A DNA stretch of 47,014 nt from IMG/VR virus record IMGVR_UViG_3300030606_000001, positions 1 through 47,014 of that record. One strand, 5' to 3'. The notes beneath the pieces are model-generated. The model worked only from the letters and a program-made list of their open reading frames with translations. It was not told the DNA's origin and made no database searches. Below are positions 18,981 through 26,827 of the stretch, piece after piece. The translations under genes and the position numbers were made by a program. This stretch comes from a virus (Duplodnaviria; Caudoviricetes). Every line of letters starts with the position of its first letter. The first letter of the stretch is position 1.

Positions 18981-19769
18981 TTACCAGCTATACGTCGCCC
19001 CGACCCCGAGTGCTCGGGTTACCGTGTCGTCTTGTTCGAGCTGGTCCATCTTGGCGGACTTGGCGTAGATCATCGGCTGGAGCGGCGAGCTTTGCATGAG
19101 GTCCGCCGTCAACCTCACCACAGCATAGTTCTCTTTCACGCTCGCGTGAAGGGAGCCGTACTTGGAATGCGTCAGAATCAGCTCACCGTCGAGTCCCCAG
19201 CGCCCATTATCCCCGAACGCACGAAGGTCACGAATCTCACCCTCGGGCTCGCCCACGATGTAGAACAACCGGATGCTGTAGGTGGCGACGATGTCACCGA
19301 ACATCTTCTCCTGGTTGGACCGGGCGAAGAACTGATTCACGGATCTGGACTCGTCATCGCTTTCACCGTTCGAGCGGTGCTGCGCACCAAAGTCCACACT
19401 CCATTCCTTGGTAATGTCACGCTCGGCGTAGACCTCCGGACCGTGGTCGGTGAACACCGGGGAGCTGTCGACATCGGTGAAGCCGGTGGAGTGCATCACG
19501 TACAGCGCCTTGTAGTCAAACCACGGGAGCTTGTCGGCGAACGGGATGAAATCGGTGATCCACTCGGTGACGTCGAGGGTTGGGGTGGAGAGCACCGCAA
19601 CCGCTTGGTTGTCGGCGTCGGTACCGGGGTTCGCGACGGACTGGTACGCGATGTAGTTCTGGACCACGGGTTCCGCGGCATCTGCCCGGTTGCACACGAG
19701 CGCGGTGTCCAGAATGAAAATACTCAGCGTCGTGAGTAAAATACCCACGATGACCTTTTCAACCTTCAT
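18981..19769 (-). CDS. pldA: Outer-membrane phospholipase A (OMPLA/PldA-like beta-barrel)
   Basis: Signal peptide ending ADA|A; GAQHRSNGESDDESRSVN matches the OMPLA GxxHxSNG...SRSWN motif; SSP...PEVY upstream; C-terminal beta-signal LGVGATYSW. Confidence 0.8.
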   Translation of the reverse strand: MKVEKVIVGILLTTLSIFILDTALVCNRADAAEPVVQNYIAYQSVANPGTDADNQAVAVLSTPTLDVTEWITDFIPFADKLPWFDYKALYVMHSTGFTDVDSSPVFTDHGPEVYAERDITKEWSVDFGAQHRSNGESDDESRSVNQFFARSNQEKMFGDIVATYSIRLFYIVGEPEGEIRDLRAFGDNGRWGLDGELILTHSKYGSLHASVKENYAVVRLTADLMQSSPLQPMIYAKSAKMDQLEQDDTVTRALGVGATYSW

Positions 19770-19986
19770 GGGACTCGGTTTCCTTTGAAAGGGAAATGTC
19801 TTCCCCGTCGTAGAACCACTTGGATTCCCGACCGGGGATCGGTTTGTAGACGGAGAACTGGAACCCCGCGCCGTGCGGCACATACACCAGCTCGGCGTTG
19901 CGTGGGGTCCAGACTATGTCCCCGTCGCGTGGGCCACCAACGAGGGTGACCTGGCAGTCGCTGCGTTCCCAGGGACCGGGTGTCAC
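19759..19986 (-). CDS. Small hypothetical protein (GGPxDG motif)
   Basis: GTGA-coupled to the upstream gene; LVGGPRDG. Confidence 0.6.
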   Translation of the reverse strand: MTPGPWERSDCQVTLVGGPRDGDIVWTPRNAELVYVPHGAGFQFSVYKPIPGRESKWFYDGEDISLSKETESHEG

Positions 19987-20255
19987 AGCCCGTCGTCCTC
20001 GATGTTCCCACCCCTACGCGCGTACAGATCGAACGACAGGTGCTCGGTGGGGCAGTACAGCTCAGAGGTTTCGGGGCGATTGGCACCCAGCACCCGCGCT
20101 GCCTTCGAGCAACTAGGGCACGGCGACCCACCCATTTGCAGGAGCGCCGCCGGAGTCGGTCCCCCGTTGATGCGAAAGTCCTGGTAGAGTTTGTGGCGGT
20201 CGGTGAGAAACTTGGGGTCAGTATCCACCCTGCCTTCGTCCATCATCACGAACAT
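19983..20255 (-). CDS. Small Zn-ribbon-like protein
   Basis: AGGAGG SD; CPSC...CPTEH. Confidence 0.65.
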   Translation of the reverse strand: MFVMMDEGRVDTDPKFLTDRHKLYQDFRINGGPTPAALLQMGGSPCPSCSKAARVLGANRPETSELYCPTEHLSFDLYARRGGNIEDDGL

Positions 20256-20279
20256 TGGATTTCCTCCTAAAGGGAAAGA

Positions 20280-22100
20280 CTAGTAGACGGGTGACCCGGC
20301 GGCCACCCAGGCGTCGTATGGCGTTGTCTCGCCCCACGATGGGCCGACTGCGTGGGCACACGGAACCCAGAACCCCTCCCGGATCTGGGGCCACTCCCGT
20401 TCGAGGATCGCCCCCAACGCCAGGGTGGCGTCAAGCACCTCGCTCGCCTCGACTGACCATACCACCGAATCGTGGACTTGTGTGTGGAATTCCCCCCCGA
20501 AATCGTGAATGACCTCCTCTATGATGGGGAACAGCATCCAGAACATGTCAGCCACGCAGGATTGTGGCAGGAAGTTGATCGCTTGGGACTTGGCATGCGC
20601 CCGGATCATGCCATCGCTCGAACTCACCCCGTGGAAACTTCGCCGTCGGCCGAAGGGGTTGACGAGGTGGTGACGGAGCACAGCGAGTTTGACCACCCGC
20701 TCCCGCCATGCGGTGGTGACCGGCCACTTGGATTCGATCGCGGTAACCGCGGCTTCGGTTTCCGCGCGGTTCAAGTCGAGGGTTTTCCCAAGGGTTGGGA
20801 TACTCGCCCCGTAGTCCCAGGCGTATTTGAAGTTTTTGGTGGGTTTGCGGTGGGCGACGCGGGTCCAGGCGCCGGGGGACCCTCGGTGGCGGAACCCAGC
20901 GGGGTATGTGCTCCACAAGCCCACCAGGGCGTTGTGGATTGCGTCGGCGTTTTCTTGGTGAAGGTCGCGGCCAGCGTCCGCAAACGCACCCAGGAGGTCA
21001 ACGTCGTCGGCTAGCGCCGCTTGGGTGCGTCCCTCGACCGCGGACATGTCGGTGTCCACGATCACCCACCCACGGCGAGGTGGCACAAACTGGACCCGGG
21101 CTTCAATTGGGACATTCTGGACGTTTGGGGAGGACGACAACCGGCCGGGCGCGGTCCCCCCCTTGGAGGAATCCTTGGCCGGCAGGTACGAGGGGTGGAG
21201 CCGGCCGTCCGGTGCGATTCGGGATTCATCGGAGTGCGTGGACAGGAGGTTTGAGGTGCCGGCGATTTCCACCCGAAGCCGGATGATCTCTTTCCCAATC
21301 GCAAAGTTGGTGTCGCTGAGGCCAGCGGCTTTGCGGCGCCGCTCCCCTAGGACCGCCAACGCACTCAGATCCCCTTCGTCAGCCGACGGGAGCCCAGTTG
21401 GAGTGGTTTCGAGCACCGGGAACCCCAGGGTTCCGTACAAAAACTCCGCTACCTGCCTCGGGGACGTTGGGGACACCAGCGGGGCGATGTCCAACCACTC
21501 CGCGTGGAGGTTGTTGAGCTTGGCTTGTGTGTTTGCCCGCCACCAACGGAGCTTGGTGGTGTCGACAGGAATCCCTGTCCGGGTCATCCGGTCGATGACG
21601 TAGATCGAGGGTAAAATCCCCCGGACCAACAAAGCCAACGACCCGCGATCTTGATGCGCTCGGTACAACACCGGGGCGATGCGGGCGGTGACCTCGCAGT
21701 CCATGGCGTTGTAGAACGCCGGGCGGGCGGTGGATTCCCATTTCCATGGCTTGGTGGGATCAGGGAGGTACCGGTGCATGGCCCCCAGGGCCTTTGGCAG
21801 ATCCGGGTGGAGCAACGCCGCTGCTTGCATGGTGTCAAACACCCGCGCTGGCGGCACCACAATCCCTTCTTCCGCCAGGTGCCCGAGGTCGTATGGGGCG
21901 TTGTGCGCCACGAGCCAATCGGCGCCCTCGGCGTTGTCGACCAGGAGCCGGCGCGTCAGAGCGCGCGTTGCATTGTTCCACGTGAAACTTCCGGTGCGAA
22001 CGAGGCGCGGGTGGGTGCCCTCGTCCTCCACCACCAGCGCAAACCCGATCCGGTCCATTGGGCCGTGCGGGTTCTCGATGTCAAACGCGAGCCAGCGCAT
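20280..22100 (-). CDS. polA: Family A DNA polymerase with 3'-5' exonuclease domain
   Basis: ExoI FDIE, ExoII HNAPYD, ExoIII YNAMD; GRLSS..NVQNVP; motif A DMSAVEGR; motif B RKPTKNFKYAWDYG; motif C QVHDS; TGATG overlap at start. Confidence 0.95.
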   Translation of the reverse strand: MRWLAFDIENPHGPMDRIGFALVVEDEGTHPRLVRTGSFTWNNATRALTRRLLVDNAEGADWLVAHNAPYDLGHLAEEGIVVPPARVFDTMQAAALLHPDLPKALGAMHRYLPDPTKPWKWESTARPAFYNAMDCEVTARIAPVLYRAHQDRGSLALLVRGILPSIYVIDRMTRTGIPVDTTKLRWWRANTQAKLNNLHAEWLDIAPLVSPTSPRQVAEFLYGTLGFPVLETTPTGLPSADEGDLSALAVLGERRRKAAGLSDTNFAIGKEIIRLRVEIAGTSNLLSTHSDESRIAPDGRLHPSYLPAKDSSKGGTAPGRLSSSPNVQNVPIEARVQFVPPRRGWVIVDTDMSAVEGRTQAALADDVDLLGAFADAGRDLHQENADAIHNALVGLWSTYPAGFRHRGSPGAWTRVAHRKPTKNFKYAWDYGASIPTLGKTLDLNRAETEAAVTAIESKWPVTTAWRERVVKLAVLRHHLVNPFGRRRSFHGVSSSDGMIRAHAKSQAINFLPQSCVADMFWMLFPIIEEVIHDFGGEFHTQVHDSVVWSVEASEVLDATLALGAILEREWPQIREGFWVPCAHAVGPSWGETTPYDAWVAAGSPVY

Positions 22101-22708
22101 CACGAACGGTCCGTGGCTGGGTTGAAGAACTTTTCGGTCCATATAGAGAGTATCGCGACTACCTCCGCGCACGAAAGCGGCCCGCGGTTGGCTCGGTCCA
22201 TCAGCTTGAATTCCAACTCAGCTAGCTCATCCTCTGTCGGGGCTGCGACCATTCGCCCGATGGGGGTGTAGCTGCAAGGTGCGCCGTACTCCGTGCTAAA
22301 CTCATCCACATCACTGGCCAAGGTGTTCTTTTGTGCCAACAGGATCACTTGCTTGAATTTCCCCGCCCCGAATGGGATGTCTTTGAAGTCCGGTAGCAAC
22401 GCTCGCACATGGAACGAAACCTTGGTGTTTTCAACCGGCCAGCGTCGAAGGAACCACTGCGGGGCGTGGGCTTTTTTGAACGCCTGCCACCAATCCTTCG
22501 GGTATTCCACCACATAGTCATTGCTCGCCCGGAGAGCGTAGACATACGTTTTCAACGCCACAGTGACGAAATTCACAGCTTGGTCGAGGTTCTGCTTCCA
22601 CTCTTTGATGATGAACGCGCTGTTCGGGAGCCCTATGTCAAGCTGCATAGAGTATGCCGCGGCCATGGCTTCAAGTTCGACACTGGTTGTGGATTGCTGG
22701 GATTCCAT
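22100..22708 (-). CDS. Hypothetical protein (YPKDWWQAFK...WPV motif)
   Basis: AGGAG SD before ATG 22708; coupled to polA. Confidence 0.7.
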   Translation of the reverse strand: MESQQSTTSVELEAMAAAYSMQLDIGLPNSAFIIKEWKQNLDQAVNFVTVALKTYVYALRASNDYVVEYPKDWWQAFKKAHAPQWFLRRWPVENTKVSFHVRALLPDFKDIPFGAGKFKQVILLAQKNTLASDVDEFSTEYGAPCSYTPIGRMVAAPTEDELAELEFKLMDRANRGPLSCAEVVAILSIWTEKFFNPATDRS

Positions 22709-22716
22709 TGGTTCTC

Positions 22717-23550
22717 CTACCAATCGAGGGGGTTCTGGATCAGCGTATCCATGTTCGGGCCGCGCCAGATGGGTGCCCCGTCTGCGAGGTTCTTCGCAAC
22801 CCGCAGCGCATGCCTGAGCTGTTCGAGATTCGACAGCCCGGAGCGTTGCACACCCGAGGGGTGCAGGCACGCCACCAACCCAATCGCGTGCGGTGGCTTC
22901 GGGACCCCGACAATCAACCCCACCCGCGACAATTTCGGTGACCCTTTCGTGTGGAGCTTGGTTTTGGACTTGTACACCTCGCCGGTATACCGTTTGGCGT
23001 AGCCGATATGCACCGCGGGTTCGATCTCGTTCCCCCACTCGTACACGTACCCATCCCACAGCGAGCGGGACTTCACCAGGGCGGTAGTCTTTTCCGGCCC
23101 CAGGAGCCTATCCAGGGCCATGCGCCCTACGGCGATTACCACCTTCCCCGAAAAGGCCAAAAGCTCCTGTTCGACCAAGCTTCCGCAGCGTTCGATTTCG
23201 TCTGGGGTCGGGTCTCGGTTGAGGGGTGGGCGGCACCGAAGCACATTCGTCCACCGAACGTCGTGCGTGGGGTTAATCCCTACCGATTCCATGATCCCGC
23301 GGATCAGCTTGCCGGACTTCCCCGCGAACCCAAACCCCTCGCTGGCCTCGGTTTCACCGGGAGCCTCCCCAATCGCCAGGAACGTTGCGTCGCTTGGGCC
23401 GAACGCCGGGACAAACCCACCGGCTTGTTGGTGCTGGCGGGCCTGGCGGGGGCGGGATTCAATCCACCCACCGGCCAGCTCGCACCCCTCGCACCCAACG
23501 CAAGGTGGGGATGGCATTGAGGTAACCGTTGTGAATGGGGTGTGCGGCAT
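22717..23550 (-). CDS. Uracil-DNA glycosylase family 4-like protein
   Basis: CxxC, IGEAPG, FAGKSG, TNVLRCRPPLNRDP..EIERC, LHPS; Fe-S cysteines present. Confidence 0.92.
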   Translation of the reverse strand: MPHTPFTTVTSMPSPPCVGCEGCELAGGWIESRPRQARQHQQAGGFVPAFGPSDATFLAIGEAPGETEASEGFGFAGKSGKLIRGIMESVGINPTHDVRWTNVLRCRPPLNRDPTPDEIERCGSLVEQELLAFSGKVVIAVGRMALDRLLGPEKTTALVKSRSLWDGYVYEWGNEIEPAVHIGYAKRYTGEVYKSKTKLHTKGSPKLSRVGLIVGVPKPPHAIGLVACLHPSGVQRSGLSNLEQLRHALRVAKNLADGAPIWRGPNMDTLIQNPLDW

Positions 23551-23664
23551 TGTCACCTCGCGGGGTGGGGTACAGGACCGGGGGTGGCGGGCAAGCTGGG
23601 AGTCGCAGCTTGGGTAAGTCCCGCACCGGGGAGGCGCCCCTTCCCCCCGGCCCCAATGGGGGGA

Positions 23665-24213
23665 TTACATCAACGGGAAGAACTTGCGGAACTCTTGGAT
23701 CGGACGGAACTCACCGTTACCAACCCACTTGCCGGTCCCAGCGTCCTTGACCTGGCGTTCCTTGTAGCCCTGGTAGAACGCACCGCGAGCCTTGATCCCT
23801 TTCAAGCTCGTTAGCAACTTCGCCGGATTCGACTCACGCGGTAGCCCGGCGACCTTGGCCAACGAATCCAACCGAGCCTTGTCTTCCTTGGTGAAGTAGT
23901 TCCACTTGTCGGTGGCCTTGGGGAACCGGTAGAACCCGTTGAACGAGCCGCCCGCATCCAGTGCAAACTGGACCCGTGCCACCAGCGTCGTCCCGGACTT
24001 CTCGTTTTCGTCCACCTCCAGGATCACATTCTTCACCTCGAAGACCTCGTCCTGACGGTGCGTCCACGAACTGGAACTGTCCACATTGGCCGGGGGTTCT
24101 TCGCCGTTCGGCCCCGGGCGGAACTTCACAAAGTTCGCTGCGGTTGCATCCACCGCCGCTTGAGTTTCTGCGTCGATCTCCCAATCTTCCATGCGGATTT
24201 GGTCTGACATCAT
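23665..24213 (-). CDS. Putative ssDNA-binding protein (OB-fold-like)
   Basis: Directly downstream of the Sak4-like ATPase; beta-rich, aromatic and charged; function inferred from synteny. Confidence 0.5.
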   Translation of the reverse strand: MMSDQIRMEDWEIDAETQAAVDATAANFVKFRPGPNGEEPPANVDSSSSWTHRQDEVFEVKNVILEVDENEKSGTTLVARVQFALDAGGSFNGFYRFPKATDKWNYFTKEDKARLDSLAKVAGLPRESNPAKLLTSLKGIKARGAFYQGYKERQVKDAGTGKWVGNGEFRPIQEFRKFFPLM

Positions 24214-24242
24214 TCATACCTTTCGTTGGTTGACTAGCTAGT

Positions 24243-25205
24243 TCACCCTTGGGAGGGTACGGGCGGGGGCACTGGCGCCCCCAATACCTGCGGGAATGTG
24301 GTTTCCATGTACGTTGCACCGGGGTCGTAGCCAACGTACACCACCGGGCCGGTGGCAAATAGCTCCTGCGGGAACGAGGTGAACAGGGTGGTTTTGCCTG
24401 ACCCCGATTCACCGTAAGCCCCCATGCGGAACGGGCGGGCGAGAGGGCCGGACAACTTAGCCGCATCCCACCGAATCCCGTTCCACATGGCGACATTCGA
24501 CCACGCCGCGCGGAGCATCGCAAGGTTGGCTTCGGGGTTGGCTGAGTTCCACTTGAGGTCGATGTACGGTTTGGCGCCCGGGTGCAGCGACCGGACCTTG
24601 CCGCGATAATCTGCACTGTCCCCCATGTGCCAGCGGATAGCGGGGGGTTGAGCTGGCCCCGCGACATTCATCAAGTAGGTGTACTGACTGAAAATTCCAC
24701 CCAGGGTGTGGGTGAGCTTTTGGCCAGGGCCGCGCATACCGTAGTGTTGGAAAACCTCAGTCACCTCGGTCCGGCCTTGCGAGTTGGTGGTCTTTTCTTT
24801 CTTGGTGGCTTCACCCCGATGCCCGAGCACAAACACATGAAGCGGTTGGGTGAGCCACACCCGTAGCACCGATTCCAACAGTCCCTGCGCCACCCCGTAG
24901 TCTTGCATTTGGGGGTTGGTGAATTTGCACGAGTCGTCGTTCACCGCGAGCGACACTGCATCTTTGACTCGACCGAGCCCGGCCCGGGCAACGTAATTCA
25001 CCAAGTCATACCCGAGGGAGGTTGCGGTGTCCACCACAATTGCGCTTGCACCGAACTCGTCCCGCCAATCCCGTCGCGCGAGCTTCGCGGCTTCGTGGTA
25101 CACATCGAACTTGTCGCCTTCCCAATCCATAAGCGACGGGGGTTCGACGATTACGAAATTGGGGCTGACATCGGTATACACCGTTGACCTATATGATGTC
25201 GCCAT
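24243..25205 (-). CDS. Sak4/AAA_24-like RecA-fold ATPase, circularly permuted
   Basis: Walker B IVVDT at aa 56, PQMQDYG, VFVLGH, G.KL...LGGIF, then Walker A GESGSGKTT at aa 265. Confidence 0.85.
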   Translation of the reverse strand: MATSYRSTVYTDVSPNFVIVEPPSLMDWEGDKFDVYHEAAKLARRDWRDEFGASAIVVDTATSLGYDLVNYVARAGLGRVKDAVSLAVNDDSCKFTNPQMQDYGVAQGLLESVLRVWLTQPLHVFVLGHRGEATKKEKTTNSQGRTEVTEVFQHYGMRGPGQKLTHTLGGIFSQYTYLMNVAGPAQPPAIRWHMGDSADYRGKVRSLHPGAKPYIDLKWNSANPEANLAMLRAAWSNVAMWNGIRWDAAKLSGPLARPFRMGAYGESGSGKTTLFTSFPQELFATGPVVYVGYDPGATYMETTFPQVLGAPVPPPVPSQG

Positions 25206-25459
25206 CAGAGGTTCTCCAGTTCGGGGGTGGCTTGAATGTCCTCGTGGTCCACAGATGCCCTCAGGACCGTGACCCCGGCTGATTTGGCACTATCCGCCAG
25301 TGACGTACGAAGTAGGTCAATGACGAACTTCTGGTAGCCGGCGTCGGTGATCTTGGTGCGGTGGGGGATCTCGATGGATGCGGTGAAGGTTCCCAGATTG
25401 AACCGACGTGGCCCACCCTCAGCGGAGAGTGCGATCTTGATTGTCATGGTGGTGTTCAT
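25205..25459 (-). CDS. Hypothetical protein (84 aa)
   Basis: ATGA and TGATG coupled on both sides. Confidence 0.6.
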   Translation of the reverse strand: MNTTMTIKIALSAEGGPRRFNLGTFTASIEIPHRTKITDAGYQKFVIDLLRTSLADSAKSAGVTVLRASVDHEDIQATPELENL

Positions 25460-26772
25460 GCGGACTCCACTACCTCCACCGCCGTTGGTTCGATCCCCGC
25501 CAGACCGTCTGGTGAGTTCAACGCCGCGTCGACCTCGGTGACGTAATCCCGCTCGGGGGATTCCCAACCGGACCCAACCATGTCATCCCCGCCGTCGTCC
25601 GGGCACCCCTTCGTTCCAAGGTACGTACACGGAACATGGTTGCGCCGACACGCCGAAGGGTTGATGCGCGGCTTATGCCAGTTGGACCCGGCAATCACCA
25701 TGTCCCCGAGCGCCATTGTAACTGAGCGCATGACATTCGTAATCGACGAATCGGTGATAGGGAGGGTGTGCTCGGTGATGGTGTTGCGAACCCAGGTTTC
25801 GCGCAGAGTGTCGGCGGCTTGGACCATGCGAATGTGCTTGGTGTAGCGTTCGGTGTTCTCGGCTGTGTGCGCGGCCCACCCATCGTCGTCCATGCGTGGG
25901 TGCTCAGCGCGGTCGATGACGATGGTGTACGGTACCGTGTCACCAGCCTTGATCGTGACGCACTTTTTGCAGTACGCCGGGATCTCACGCAACACATCGT
26001 CGCGGCTCGGGGGCATCGGGTCCTTCAGCCAGAACTGCACCCTGGCACCACCAAAGCTCTTTACCCCGGCGGCCATCACCGCAGGGTGAGCTTGGTACCA
26101 CAGGGTGAGCAGAGTCATTGGGTACACCGCCCCGAGCTGGAACCCGTTGGTCATTTCGAGGAGGTCACTGGCGATGTCGTGCGGGGGCTTGCGGGTCTTG
26201 CGGTCGTAGACCAGCAACGCGCCGCTGTCGTCGACCCTGATGTTGTCGTGCTTCTGCAAAATCAACGTCGGGGTCGACAGCCCCTTCGTAATCAACAGCC
26301 ACACTACCTGCTCAGTGGCAATGTTGCGTGAGTCGATCCCGTCTTGCACCTCACTGTCGTAGAGCTTGAGGGTATCGGGGACCCAGGACTTCGCAGCGTT
26401 CAACTCGCGGATGTCGGTGTCGCGGACGGCGGTTTCAGCAAGGGCATCTAGCTCGCCCTGGACCTGTAGTGCCACCGTCTCGCCCGCCATACCCCCTTCG
26501 ATCAACTCAGCCCCACTATGCACCAACCGACCTGTGAGAAAGTAATGTGGGTCTTGGGCGCCCAGCCGCTCGCGTACTCTCCCCGCCACCCGACGCTTCC
26601 ACCACTCCATTTGGCAATCGACGGCGGTAGTGATGTCAGACGTGCGGGTGACGAGGACGGGTTTGTGCAAGCCCACATGTTCGCGGATTTCGGCCACTGT
26701 GGGAATCCCCCACCCAGCGACCATGCCGTAATGCTTGATGCGAAGGACGCATTGGTTCCATTGGTTCTGCAT
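25456..26772 (-). CDS. Cas4/RecB-like PD-(D/E)xK exonuclease
   Basis: N-terminal Cys (DCQ), GRLVH, HD...VYDRKT, QL..Y, C-terminal C-x6-C..C Fe-S ligands. Confidence 0.8.
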   Translation of the reverse strand: MQNQWNQCVLRIKHYGMVAGWGIPTVAEIREHVGLHKPVLVTRTSDITTAVDCQMEWWKRRVAGRVRERLGAQDPHYFLTGRLVHSGAELIEGGMAGETVALQVQGELDALAETAVRDTDIRELNAAKSWVPDTLKLYDSEVQDGIDSRNIATEQVVWLLITKGLSTPTLILQKHDNIRVDDSGALLVYDRKTRKPPHDIASDLLEMTNGFQLGAVYPMTLLTLWYQAHPAVMAAGVKSFGGARVQFWLKDPMPPSRDDVLREIPAYCKKCVTIKAGDTVPYTIVIDRAEHPRMDDDGWAAHTAENTERYTKHIRMVQAADTLRETWVRNTITEHTLPITDSSITNVMRSVTMALGDMVIAGSNWHKPRINPSACRRNHVPCTYLGTKGCPDDGGDDMVGSGWESPERDYVTEVDAALNSPDGLAGIEPTAVEVVESA

Positions 26773-26827
26773 GATTTGACTCCTTTTGACTCCGAGGAAC
26801 CCATCCTACCACAAACGGGGCGATGGG

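Noticed and set aside
25456-26772. Cas4-like gene as part of a CRISPR-Cas system
   Set aside because: No repeat-spacer array or other cas genes; the context is a phage recombination module
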